From Candidatus Methylomirabilota bacterium (lineage in GTDB: Bacteria; Methylomirabilota; Methylomirabilia; Rokubacteriales; CSP1-6), in contig JBKPAK010000035.1 of the NCBI GenBank assembly GCA_046726415.1, positions 1 through 40,717 on the forward strand: a stretch of DNA of 40,717 nucleotides, in the 5' to 3' direction. Under the pieces are notes generated by a model that was given only the letters and a program-made list of their open reading frames with translations, made no database searches and had not been told where the DNA came from. The stretch's first letter is position 1, and every line of letters begins with the position of its first letter. The position numbers were made by a program, and so were the translations under genes. Below are positions 1-9,555 of the stretch, in pieces.

Positions 1-1205
1 GCGCCGTCGATGTCGATGGTCTCGTAGCGCTGGCGCAGCTCGCGCGCCAGCTCGTCGATGACGCGGAACTTTTCCCCATCCGGGCAGGGGGCCTTCAGCT
101 CGGGGGTGGCGCAGCGATGCGGCACGGAGTCGAAGAGGGTCGAGAGGGGCTGCGCGGCTCTGGCGGCGATCTCCACGACCTTGGCCGAGGCGAGAATTCC
201 GTCGTCCACGCCGTAATAGCCCTCGGCGAAGAAGAGGTGGCCGCTGACTTCGCCGCCAAGCAGGATGCCGTCCTCCCGCATCTTGCGCTTGAGGAGCGAG
301 TGGCCGGTCTTCCACATGACCGGCACACCACCATGCTTCGCGATCTCGTCGGCCAGGACCTGGGACGATTTGACGTCGAAGACGATCTTCGCTCCCGGAT
401 GGCGGGCGAGCAGATCGCGGGCCAGCAGGATGAGGACGAGATCGGCCTCGTGGCGTCGCCCACGCTCGTCCACCACGCCCACCCGGTCGGCGTCGCCGTC
501 GTAGGCGAGCCCGAGATCAGCGCCCACTTCGAGAACCTTGGCCTGAAGGTCGTGCATGTTCTCCGCCTCCTCGGGATCGGGGAGGTGGTTGGGGAAGGTC
601 CCGTCGGACTCACAGTAAAGCTCCACGACGTCGCAGCCGAGTCGCCGGAGGACCTCGGGAGCCCACAGGCCAGCCACGCCATTACCGGCGTCGACCACGA
701 CCTTCAACCGCCGCGCAGGACGGACCAGACGGGCGATCGTGTCGAGATACTCGGCGCGCGCACTGCGAGTCGAGCGGACGCCCCGACCGACCTCGAAGTC
801 GCCGGCCTCGATCAGACTGCGCAGTCCCTGGATCTCCTCCTCGGTGAGTGGTGCCGCGCCCGGGTGAACCATTTTGACCCCGTTGTAATCCACGGGGTTG
901 TGGCTGCCCGTGATGTTGGCGCCGCCGTCAAGGCGCCAATGCGCAGTGGCGAAGTAGAGCAGCGGCGTGGGGGTGAGCCCTAGGTCGACGATATCCACGC
1001 CCGCCGATCCGACCCCCACCATGAACGCGGCCTTGAGCGCGGCTGACGAGACGCGGTTGTCCTCTCCCACGGCGATCGTGCGGCCGCCCCGGCGACGAAT
1101 GAGCGTGCCGTAGGCGGCCCCGACGAGCCGGAAGACGTGGGGATTGACGTCGTCTCCCACGACGCCGCGCACGTCGTACGCGCGGAAGATGTGCGGATTC
1201 AGCAT
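1..1205 (-). CDS. Phosphomannomutase/phosphoglucomutase (AlgC-like), 3' end runs off the window
   Basis: Manual translation from ATG at 1205 gives MLNPHIFRAYDVRG, with the ITGSHNP phosphoserine motif, the DGDADR metal loop and GEVSGH. The same frame is open at position 3. It is absent from the ORF track because there is no stop in the window. Confidence 0.95.
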   Translation of the reverse strand, partial: MLNPHIFRAYDVRGVVGDDVNPHVFRLVGAAYGTLIRRRGGRTIAVGEDNRVSSAALKAAFMVGVGSAGVDIVDLGLTPTPLLYFATAHWRLDGGANITGSHNPVDYNGVKMVHPGAAPLTEEEIQGLRSLIEAGDFEVGRGVRSTRSARAEYLDTIARLVRPARRLKVVVDAGNGVAGLWAPEVLRRLGCDVVELYCESDGTFPNHLPDPEEAENMHDLQAKVLEVGADLGLAYDGDADRVGVVDERGRRHEADLVLILLARDLLARHPGAKIVFDVKSSQVLADEIAKHGGVPVMWKTGHSLLKRKMREDGILLGGEVSGHLFFAEGYYGVDDGILASAKVVEIAARAAQPLSTLFDSVPHRCATPELKAPCPDGEKFRVIDELARELRQRYETIDIDG

Positions 1206-1331
1206 ATCGTTGTGGCCCGAGGCCGAATCAGGGTATCACGGCCTCCCGGCCCTCTCCGACAGAGCGGTGACCGGCAGGGTACAGTGAGACGACATTGCTG
1301 CCGGCTCCGGGCCGCGCGAAACGAGGAGACC

Positions 1332-1721
1332 ATGAGCGACGCGGAACTGAGAGAGCGCACCAAGCGGACCGCCACCATGCTGTTCCACACCCTGAAGGGT
1401 GGAGCGGGCTTCGAGACGTGGAAGAGGTTCGACCGAGAGCTGGCGCGCGAGTTGTCGATGTTCTTCGCGGGCAAGCTGTACAGCCGCGAGGTCATCTCCC
1501 AGACGCAGCGGGAGCTGTGCGCGGTGGCCTCCCTCACCGTGCTGCACCGCCCGCACGAACTGCGTGCGCACATCCATGCTGCCTTGAACGTGGGGGCCAC
1601 GCGGCAAGAGGTCGCCGAGGTCATCTTCCAACAGGTCACGTACGGCGGGATGCCCGTCGTGGTCGACGCGCTCGACGTCTTCAAGGCGGTCCTGGTGGAG
1701 CGCGGCGAGTGGGAGGAGTGA
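1332..1721 (+). CDS. Carboxymuconolactone decarboxylase (CMD/AhpD-like) family protein
   Basis: GAGGAG RBS before ATG 1332; RELCAVASL..ELRAHIHAALNVGAT..EVAEVIFQ..YGGMP pattern; no CxxC. Confidence 0.85.
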   Translation: MSDAELRERTKRTATMLFHTLKGGAGFETWKRFDRELARELSMFFAGKLYSREVISQTQRELCAVASLTVLHRPHELRAHIHAALNVGATRQEVAEVIFQQVTYGGMPVVVDALDVFKAVLVERGEWEE

Positions 1722-2485
1722 CCGCTCTCGAGGCGATGATCGACGCGGCGCGGGCGGCGGGCGACATCGCCCTCGCGTACTACCGCGGGGGATTCGACGT
1801 CGCGTTCAAGGCCGACCAGACGCCGGTGACCCAGGCGGATCGCGAGGCGGAGCGGGTCATCCTGGACCGACTGGGCCGGGCCTTTCCGGATTGCGGATTC
1901 CTCGGCGAGGAGTTCGGCGATTCCGGACCGACCGGCCGGCGCTTCATCATCGATCCCATCGATGGGACCCGGAACTTCATCCGTCATATTCCCCTGTGGG
2001 CGACCTTGATCGGACTCGAAGAGGACGGCGAGATCACCGCCGGCGTCGTTCACAATCCCGTCCTGAACGAGATGTTCTCGGCCTGCCGCGGACAAGGGGC
2101 CTTTTGCAATGGCCGGCGCATCGCGGTGTCCGAGGTGGCCAGTCTGGCCGAGGCGCACCTCGTCCATGCCTCGCTGCGTCCGATCCGCGAGGCGGGCTAC
2201 TGGGACGGCTTCGCGAAGCTGATCGATGCCACCGACCGCCAGCGAGGCTTCGGCGACTACATGGGCTATACCTTGGTGGCTGAGGGCAAGGCCGAGATCT
2301 ACGCGGAGATCTACGTCGGCAGTCGCGGTCTGAAGCCCTGGGACCTGGCGGCGTGCAAGATCCTGGTGGAGGAGGCGGGCGGCGTCTTCACGGATCTGGC
2401 GGGGCGGACCACGATCTACAGCGGCTCGGCGCTCGCGACCAACGGGCGCTTGCACGAGACCGCGCTATCGGTTCTACGCGGATAG
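1718..2485 (+). CDS. hisN: Inositol monophosphatase family, probable histidinol-phosphate phosphatase
   Basis: GTGA overlap with the upstream stop; motifs KADQTPVTQAD, GEEFG, IIDPIDGTRNF, WATLIGL, PWDLAA. Confidence 0.8.
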   Translation: MTALEAMIDAARAAGDIALAYYRGGFDVAFKADQTPVTQADREAERVILDRLGRAFPDCGFLGEEFGDSGPTGRRFIIDPIDGTRNFIRHIPLWATLIGLEEDGEITAGVVHNPVLNEMFSACRGQGAFCNGRRIAVSEVASLAEAHLVHASLRPIREAGYWDGFAKLIDATDRQRGFGDYMGYTLVAEGKAEIYAEIYVGSRGLKPWDLAACKILVEEAGGVFTDLAGRTTIYSGSALATNGRLHETALSVLRG

Positions 2486-3393
2486 ACGCGCTCGTCATCC
2501 ATCCCGGAGCGCTCGGCGACGTTTTACTGGCCGTTCCGGCCCTCCGGGCGCTCCGCGCCGCGACGCCCGGCGCGGCCATCGGCCTGGCTGCTCAGCCACG
2601 CATCGGCCGTCTGCTCGCCATCCTGGGCACCGTCGATCGCGCGCTGGACTTCGACTCGCTGGGCCTGTCCGCCTTCTTCGCTGGCCACCCGTCGAGCGCG
2701 CCAGCCGATGCGTTGCGCGCGTGGGCCCGGGTGATCTGCTGGTTCGGCGCGAGGGATCCGACCTTCGTGGCCAACCTGCGCGCCGCGGTGCCCCATGCGA
2801 TGGTGGCCCCGCCGGCTGCCGGCGACGATCCAGTCTGGCAGCATTTGCGCCGTTCGGTGGGAGCGCCTCCGGCGGGAGACTCCGAGGTCTTCGACCTCCC
2901 CGCCACCGTCCTGAACGAAGGACGACGCGTGCTTCGCGGCGCCGGATGGGATGGTCGCCGCTCGCTGATCATGGTCCACCCCGGGGCGGGCAGCGCGCTC
3001 AAGCGCTGGCCGCTGGCCGGGTTCGCCGCGGTGGCCGCCGCGCTCCAGCGCGAGCGATCGGCCGCGGTTGTCGTGCACCAAGGGCCGGCCGACGCGGAGG
3101 TAGCGCCGGCGCTCCGGGCGAAGCTCGGCCACGACGCCCTGCTGCTGACCGAGCCCTCGCTGGAGGCGCTGGCGGGAGCCTTGGGACTGGTCTCCCTCTA
3201 TCTTGGCAACGACTCGGGCGTGAGCCACCTGGCAGCGGCCGTCGGAGCGCCGTGCGTCGTGCTGTTCACGTCCGCGCTGCTCCCGTGGAAACCATGGGCA
3301 GCCCACCCCCACCTGGCCACGGTCTCGACTGGCGAGCTGAACCAGAGGGAGGTGACTGCGGTGGCCGAGCTGGCCCGGATGACGATGACGTAG
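2482..3393 (+). CDS. Glycosyltransferase family 9 (heptosyltransferase-like); start uncertain
   Basis: HPGALGDVLL, HPGAGSALKRWP and GNDSGVSHLAAA motifs. The domain begins at an ATA overlapping the hisN stop; the nearest canonical start is GTG 2353, deep inside hisN. Confidence 0.85.
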   Translation: MDALVIHPGALGDVLLAVPALRALRAATPGAAIGLAAQPRIGRLLAILGTVDRALDFDSLGLSAFFAGHPSSAPADALRAWARVICWFGARDPTFVANLRAAVPHAMVAPPAAGDDPVWQHLRRSVGAPPAGDSEVFDLPATVLNEGRRVLRGAGWDGRRSLIMVHPGAGSALKRWPLAGFAAVAAALQRERSAAVVVHQGPADAEVAPALRAKLGHDALLLTEPSLEALAGALGLVSLYLGNDSGVSHLAAAVGAPCVVLFTSALLPWKPWAAHPHLATVSTGELNQREVTAVAELARMTMT

Positions 3394-3403
3394 ACTGGCG
3401 GCC

Positions 3404-3589
3404 ATGAATCACGCGCCCAGGCCCTCTCAGACTGGGTTGATTCTCGCCGCCGCGGTGATCGTCATGGGCGGGGTCGGGATTGCCCTGGTCGAAATGTATC
3501 GCTGGCCGAAGGGATCGATCTGGGCCGTGATCGCGGCGGCCGTGGTCCTGGTGGCGATCATCAGAGTGGTGTCGAGGCGCACGCCATGA
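3404..3589 (+). CDS. Small two-TM membrane protein
   Basis: 61 aa with two hydrophobic helices; follows the GT9 gene by 10 bp. Confidence 0.6.
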   Translation: MNHAPRPSQTGLILAAAVIVMGGVGIALVEMYRWPKGSIWAVIAAAVVLVAIIRVVSRRTP

Positions 3590-3601
3590 GTCGTCCGGCG
3601 C

Positions 3602-4669
3602 TCAGCGTTCCGGCTTGGCCCAGATGCCCCGGTCCTGCATGAGCTTGATCTGTCGCTTGATGACCTTGTCGCGATACTCCTTGTGCTTCATGGGCACCCG
3701 CTTGAGGTAGAGGTTCTTCGGGTAGATGGGCCGCTCGTAGAGGATCTGGTACAGCTCGGTGCGCAGATCCTTCATCCAGTTGTCCCACTGCGCGCGCGCT
3801 CGGTGATCTCGGAGAGCCTCGATGTCGATCACCCCACCCACGTAGGTGGAGCCGGCCCCATAGTCCTGCCGCCCGACGATCTGTCCCTTGTAGTTGATGA
3901 TAAACGAACGACCACCAAAGGTGTCTATCGGGGTCACTTCCTCGGGGAAGAGGTAATACGTCCCCATGTTGGGGGCCACCAGGTAGAGGTTGTTGTCCAG
4001 CGCGCGGGCCCGGCTCTGGATCTCAAAGATCTCGTTCCCCGTGGCCGGATGGGGATAGGAGGCGCGATAGACGACCTCGGCGCCATTCATGGCCAGGGCC
4101 CGGGCGTTCTCCGGATACGATCCCTCGTTGGCCATCATGATGCCGAGACGGCCGATCTCGGTGTCCACCACCGGCCAGAAGGCCTGGAGAGTCCGCCCGT
4201 ATTTCTCCACCCACCAGTCGTAGACGTCGTGCGGGCACACCGAGTGCTCGACGGGGTAGAGGGGTGACACCTTGTAGTGCTGGAGGACGACCTTTCCCCG
4301 CGGGTTGATGATGAAGCCCACGTTAAAGAACCGATCGGGGAGATCGGGATGGCGCGCCTTGGCCTGAGCCATGACGAAGGCGTTGTACTCGCGGGCAATC
4401 TTGCCGAGTTCCTCCGTCTCCTCGCCGGGTATCTCGATGGCCCCCTCGCGGGCGAACTGCACATGGTCGAGATCCAGCACCTCGTCGTTGAACCCTTGCA
4501 GCGCGCCCTCCGGAACAGCGATCAGCCGGACGGGCAGATCCAGGCTCGACAGCCATGAGGCGGCCTTCACCAGGTGATGGAGGTGCTCGAGGTTGATCTT
4601 GATGTCCTTGCGCTTCCGGATACCCCGCACGGTGGGGATCAGTCCGACCGCGGTGTACGGCTTGATCAT
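3602..4669 (-). CDS. Nitrilase/carbon-nitrogen hydrolase superfamily protein (nucleophile Cys replaced by Ala)
   Basis: GGAGG RBS before ATG 4669; VPEG (Glu), HYK (Lys), DTEIGRLGIMMANEGSYPE..RALAMNGAEV, RARALDN. Confidence 0.88.
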   Translation of the reverse strand: MIKPYTAVGLIPTVRGIRKRKDIKINLEHLHHLVKAASWLSSLDLPVRLIAVPEGALQGFNDEVLDLDHVQFAREGAIEIPGEETEELGKIAREYNAFVMAQAKARHPDLPDRFFNVGFIINPRGKVVLQHYKVSPLYPVEHSVCPHDVYDWWVEKYGRTLQAFWPVVDTEIGRLGIMMANEGSYPENARALAMNGAEVVYRASYPHPATGNEIFEIQSRARALDNNLYLVAPNMGTYYLFPEEVTPIDTFGGRSFIINYKGQIVGRQDYGAGSTYVGGVIDIEALRDHRARAQWDNWMKDLRTELYQILYERPIYPKNLYLKRVPMKHKEYRDKVIKRQIKLMQDRGIWAKPER

Positions 4670-4783
4670 CGGTACGCCTCCGGCATGAAGGTGAAGCACG
4701 CGTCACTGAGCCATACTGCACCGCACTGTCAAGGAAACGGCGGTGCGAATGGCATGGTGTCCACGGCTCGCTGGGCAGACCTC

Positions 4784-6514
4784 CTAGCCCACCGTCCCCG
4801 CGGGCTCGCTGGGTCGCTCCACTAGCGTCTCCACGCGGGCGACGGTGTAGACGGCGAGGTTTCCCCGGCGGTTCCTGACGGTCAGCTCGTGACGCGGTAG
4901 CCCGCGCGCGTCGATACCCGCGCGGCGGGCCACGTCCTCGGTGATGACCATCTCACACGCGTACTCCTTGGTGAGCTGCTCGAGGCGGCTGGCCACATGT
5001 ACGGTATCGCCCACGGCGGTGAGGTAGACGCCGGGCCCATAGCCCATCCGGCCGACCACGACGTGGCCCACGTGAATACCGATCCCCATGCGCAGTGGCC
5101 CCGGCAGCTCATGAGCCAGCTCGTCGCTCAAGGCGGCCAGACCAGCCACGAGCGAGCGGGCCGCGGCCACCGCCTGGCGCGCCCCGACGTCGGGCCCCGC
5201 ATCGATCCCGAAGAGCGCCATGACTCCGTCACCAGTGAACTGGTTGGCGATCCCACCGGCCCGCTCGATCGCCGTCCCCGCCACCTCGAAATACCGGTTC
5301 AGGAAAAAGACGACGTCGTACGGGAGCTTGTGCTCGGCCACGCGGGTGAAGCCGCGAAGATCGGCGAAGAGCACGGCGACCTCCTGCTCCTCACCGGGCC
5401 GGTGGTCGGCGGGCACGACCGTGTCTGGGGGCGCCAGGGCCGGCAAGATGGGCACGACGGCGATGTCCCCGCGCGGGCGCAGTTGACAGGCCAGGCGCAC
5501 GTTCGGAGGCGCGCCCACGCGCTGGAGCACGCGCTCCTCGTCGAGGTTGGCGGCGGGAAGGCTCTCGAGGCCATGCAGAACGCGTACGCGGCAGGTCGAG
5601 CAGCGGCCCCGTCCGCCACAGACCGATGCGTGGGGGATATCGGCGCTCCGACTCGCCTCGAGCACGGTGAAACCGGGGGCAACCTGGACGATCCGGCCGT
5701 CAGGATAGCCGATGCGGATGGTCCGGCGGCGGGCGACGAGGGCGCGCGCGGCGCGGGCGAGCAGCACGGCGGCCAACGCCCCCCCGTAGATTTTCAGGAT
5801 CGTGTCCTGAGCGCGGACGAGGGCCGTGCGCTGCAGCGGTCCAGGAGCCTTCGTCACCCGCAGGGTCTCCGCCACCCATCCAGGTCTGGCCGCGAGGCGC
5901 GACACCTCGCGTCCTCCCTCGACGAAGCCGAGCAAGGCCAGCACGGGAAGGAGCACGGCAGCGCCGAAGAGCAGGGTGGAGGCGCGCGCGTACCACGGGC
6001 GGAAGCGGAGCCAGAAGTGGATGCCCATACACCCGTGGATCCACACCGCGATCAGGGTGAACGCTTGGCGCAGGCCCACCTCCGGGCTCACGTGCCACAG
6101 CCCCAGGAGGACCCGGGTATAGGGACTTTCGGTCCCGAACATGACATACGCCATCCGCGTGCCCATGACGTGGCCGAGCAGCAGGGGAGGAATGCAGAGG
6201 CCGAGCGTGGCTTGTGTGGTCTGCCAGAGTGGCATGCGCAGGGTGCGGCGCTCGTACAAGAACCAGAGGGCGAGTAGCGCGTGGATGATCAGCGCGCCGT
6301 AGAGGGCGGCCGTCCCGGGGGGACTTCGCCAGAGGCCCAGGAACCAATTCTGTCCCTGCTGCATGGCGGCGAGAGAGATCAGCCCGAGGGCATGATTCAG
6401 CAGGTGGGTGACGACGTAGGTGAAGAGGACCAGTCCCGCGCCGAGGCGGATCTGGCGTAATCCCAGCGAAGACCGGGCCACTAATCCGCGCGCTGACGCG
6501 TCAGCCACGACCAC
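4784..6514 (-). CDS. CyaC-like class III nucleotide cyclase: His-rich membrane (heme-b type) domain + 2Fe-2S ferredoxin + cyclase
   Basis: TM helices with THLLNH and WIHGCMGIHFW; CGGRGRCSTC...RLAC ferredoxin; FADLRGFT, GDG, GDTV.VASRLE cyclase motifs. Confidence 0.9.
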   Translation of the reverse strand: MVVADASARGLVARSSLGLRQIRLGAGLVLFTYVVTHLLNHALGLISLAAMQQGQNWFLGLWRSPPGTAALYGALIIHALLALWFLYERRTLRMPLWQTTQATLGLCIPPLLLGHVMGTRMAYVMFGTESPYTRVLLGLWHVSPEVGLRQAFTLIAVWIHGCMGIHFWLRFRPWYARASTLLFGAAVLLPVLALLGFVEGGREVSRLAARPGWVAETLRVTKAPGPLQRTALVRAQDTILKIYGGALAAVLLARAARALVARRRTIRIGYPDGRIVQVAPGFTVLEASRSADIPHASVCGGRGRCSTCRVRVLHGLESLPAANLDEERVLQRVGAPPNVRLACQLRPRGDIAVVPILPALAPPDTVVPADHRPGEEQEVAVLFADLRGFTRVAEHKLPYDVVFFLNRYFEVAGTAIERAGGIANQFTGDGVMALFGIDAGPDVGARQAVAAARSLVAGLAALSDELAHELPGPLRMGIGIHVGHVVVGRMGYGPGVYLTAVGDTVHVASRLEQLTKEYACEMVITEDVARRAGIDARGLPRHELTVRNRRGNLAVYTVARVETLVERPSEPAGTVG

Positions 6515-6635
6515 CAGGTCAGACGGTGAGCGTCTCGAGGGGGCGCGACAGGAAGCGCGCGGCTGCGCGACGCTTGCTCCTCCGGCATGCCACCTGACCG
6601 TGGGCCGTGCTCTCGATGCCGATGCGGTGTGCCCC

Positions 6636-8012
6636 CTATCCCTTCACGACCGGCAGGCCGCGCAGGGCAGCTTCAACCTTCTCGGTCGGGTACTCGTAGT
6701 CCTGCAGCTTGCCGGCGGTGTACGCCTCATAGGCGCTCAGGTCCAGATATCCGTGGCCGCATAGGTTGAAGACGATCGTCCTCTTCTTGCCCTCTTCCTT
6801 GCAGCGGAGCGCCTCGTCGATGGCCCCTCGCACAGCGTGAGCGGCTTCGGGCGCGGGAAGGATGCCTTCGGCCCGCGCGAAGGTGACGGCGGCCTCGAAG
6901 GTCGCGAGCTGGGGCACTGCGCGCGCCTCGATCACGCCCTCGTCGTAGAGCTTGCAGATGAGGGGAGCCATGCCGTGATACCGGAGACCCCCGGCGTGCA
7001 TCGGCGCCGGCACGAAGCCGTGTCCGAGCGTGTGCATCTTGACCAGCGGCGTTAACCCCACCGTGTCGCCGAAATCGTACACGTACTTGCCCTTGGTGAG
7101 GCTCGGGCAGGCACTGGGCTCGATGGCCACCAGGCGCCGCTTCTTCGTCTTACCGGTGAGCTTGTCGGCGACGAAGGGAAACGCGAAACCCGCGAAGTTG
7201 GAGCCGCCGCCCACACAGCCCACGATGATGTCGGCTTCGGCCTCGGCCTGGTCGAGCTGCTTCTTCGTCTCCTGTCCAATGACGGTCTGGTGCATGAGGA
7301 CATGGTTGAGCACGCTACCCAGCGAATACTTGGTGTCCTCGCGCCTGGCCGCGTCCTCCACCGCCTCGCTGATGGCGATCCCGAGGCTACCGGGCGAGTC
7401 GGGATCTCCCTCGAGGACTTTCTTGCCCGCGTCGGTGTCCGGGCTGGGGCTGGCCACGACCTGCGCGCCCCACGTCTCCATGAGGATGCGCCGGTAGGGC
7501 TTCTGCTGATACGAGATCCTCACCATGTAGACCTTGCACTGCACCTCGAACATCCGGCACGCCATGGCCAGCGATGAACCCCACTGGCCCGCGCCGGTCT
7601 CGGTGGTGAGCCGGTGCACGCCTTCTTGCTTGTTGTAGTACACCTGGGCCACCGCGGTGTTGGGCTTGTGGCTCCCGGCGGGGCTCACGCCCTCGTATTT
7701 GTAGTAGATTCGGGCCGGACTATCGAGCGCCTTCTCTAGACGCCGCGCGCGATAGAGCGGGGTGGGACGCCACAGGCGATAGACGTCTCGAATCTCGTCA
7801 GGGATCTCGACCCAGCGCTCCTGGCTGACTTCCTGCTTGATCAGCTCCATGGGGAAGAGCGGAGCCAGATCGGCGGGGCCGAGCGCCTGGTGGGTGCCAG
7901 GGTGAAGGGGTGGAGGCAGCGGCGTCTTCAGGTCGGCCTGAATATTGTACCACCGGGTGGGAATATCTCTCTCCGCCAAGAGAAACTTGGTCTGACGCTT
8001 GTCGCGGTCCAT
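6636..8012 (-). CDS. trpB2: TrpB2-type (TrpB-like) PLP-dependent enzyme
   Basis: [14 protein letters not shown] lysine, [43 protein letters not shown]. Confidence 0.95.
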   Translation of the reverse strand: MDRDKRQTKFLLAERDIPTRWYNIQADLKTPLPPPLHPGTHQALGPADLAPLFPMELIKQEVSQERWVEIPDEIRDVYRLWRPTPLYRARRLEKALDSPARIYYKYEGVSPAGSHKPNTAVAQVYYNKQEGVHRLTTETGAGQWGSSLAMACRMFEVQCKVYMVRISYQQKPYRRILMETWGAQVVASPSPDTDAGKKVLEGDPDSPGSLGIAISEAVEDAARREDTKYSLGSVLNHVLMHQTVIGQETKKQLDQAEAEADIIVGCVGGGSNFAGFAFPFVADKLTGKTKKRRLVAIEPSACPSLTKGKYVYDFGDTVGLTPLVKMHTLGHGFVPAPMHAGGLRYHGMAPLICKLYDEGVIEARAVPQLATFEAAVTFARAEGILPAPEAAHAVRGAIDEALRCKEEGKKRTIVFNLCGHGYLDLSAYEAYTAGKLQDYEYPTEKVEAALRGLPVVKG

Positions 8013-8064
8013 GGCGGCCTCCTTCGGGTCGAACGGCGGCGGAACGCCTGAAAGGTTCGCGCTA

Positions 8065-8094
8065 ACAATAGCGGGAGGATGCGCAGCGTGTCAA
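8065..8094 (-). promoter_or_regulatory. Sigma70-type promoter for trpB2
   Basis: Minus strand TTGACA (8094-8089), 18-nt spacer, TATTGT (8070-8065). Confidence 0.65.
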
Positions 8095-8163
8095 ACGTTC
8101 GGGGGGCTCGGCGCCTCGGGAACAGGGGGGAAGACCGGTCGCGCGCACCTGTGGCGGCTGACC

Positions 8164-8192
8164 TTGACAGGGCGGCCGGCGGCGGGTATCGA
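8164..8192 (+). promoter_or_regulatory. Possible sigma70 promoter for the CoA-transferase
   Basis: TTGACA at 8164, 17-nt spacer, weak -10 TATCGA. Confidence 0.4.
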
Positions 8193-8201
8193 CAGGACGC
8201 C

Positions 8202-9365
8202 ATGTCCGACGACATCCTGCACGACCTGCGCGTCCTCGACCTCGCCACGACCATCGCCGGCCCGCACTGCACGCGGCTCCTCGCCGACCTCGGCGCTCGG
8301 GTCGTCAAGATCGAATCGCCCGAGGGCGATCTGATGCGCACACGTCCTCCTCTGCGCGATGGGGCCAGCAGCTATTTCGGGCAGCTCAACGCGGGCAAGA
8401 AGAGCGTGTCCTCGACCTCAAGCAGGCGGCCGCCGTGGACATCGTCAAGCGGCTGGCGCGTACCACCGACGTGCTCGTCGAGAACTTCCGGCCCGGCGTG
8501 ATGCAGCGGCTCGGCCTGGACTATCCCGAGCTCGTCGGCATCCAGCCCGCGTTGATCTACTGCGCCATCTCCGGCTACGGTCAGAGCGGCCCGTCGGCGC
8601 GCCTGCCGGCGTATGCGCCGGTCATCCACGCGGTGGGAGGCTACGACGTCGCGCACCTGTCCTACCAGGAAGGCCGGACGAAGCCGGACAACAACGTATC
8701 TTCATCGCCGATGTGCTCAGCGGAACGTACGCCTTCGGCGCCATCCTGGCCGCAGTGCACCAGCGCCAGCGCACGGGGCATGGGCAGCTCGTCGACGTGT
8801 CGATGCTGGAAAGCATGCTGACCATGACGCTCGCCGAGATCCAGCGGGCCCAGTTTCCCCTTCCGCCGCCCGGCCGACCGATGTTCGGCCCGATCGAGAC
8901 GCGCGACGGCTACATCATGCTAGCGGTGGCCAGCGAGCGGACGTTCGCCGACCTGGCCCGGGCGGCCGGGCGAGAGGACTGGCTCACGGACTCGCGGTTT
9001 GCCGTCTATGGCGACCGGCGGCGCAACTGGCACCTCTTCGTCGAGGAGCTCGAGCAGTGGTCGCGCCGGCTCACCACCGCGGAATGCCAGGCCGCGTTCG
9101 ACGGCAGCGGCGTGCCGTGCTCGCGCTATCGCACCGTGGAGCCATGGATGATCCCCAGCTCGCGCACCGCCACGCCTTCGGCGAGGTGCGGGATTCTGCG
9201 GGGGTGTTTCGCGCGCTCAACCCCCCCTTCCGGTTCTCGGCCGCCCGAGCCAGTGTTCAACCGTACGCGGCCACCCGCGGCGAGCACGGCAACGAAGTCT
9301 TGGCGGAGGCCGGCTACACGGCGCGCGAGATCGAGGAATATAGGAAGAGCGGCGTACTGGGCTGA
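8202..9365 (+). pseudogene. CaiB/BaiF class III CoA-transferase with three -1 frameshifts (pseudogene or sequencing error)
   Basis: Segments in successive frames: LRVLDLATTIAGP..NAGKKSV / LDLK..DVLVENFRPG..ISGYGQSGP / IADVLSG..DVSMLES / AMDDPQL..GEHGNEVL. Breaks at about 8410, 8697 and 9141. Confidence 0.85.
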
Positions 9366-9555
9366 CCTTCACCGGCCGGCTCGTCCTCGCGCATCCTGTC
9401 TGGGGAGCACGAGCTGCGCGTTACACTGCTGTCGTGGCACTGCGGAACGCGACCATCACGCTCGCTGAGGATGTGGCCCCGCTGGGCGAGGATGGGTGCG
9501 GCCGGCTCGGCGACGCGCTGGCGTTGCGGGTGGCAGTGGCGCGGCGTGGCTGATC

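Noticed and set aside
9425-9553. Short coding-like stretch (..TLAEDVAPLGEDGCGRLGDALALRVAVARRG*) before the amine oxidase
   Set aside because: No RBS or recognisable family; it may be a relic but cannot be supported.
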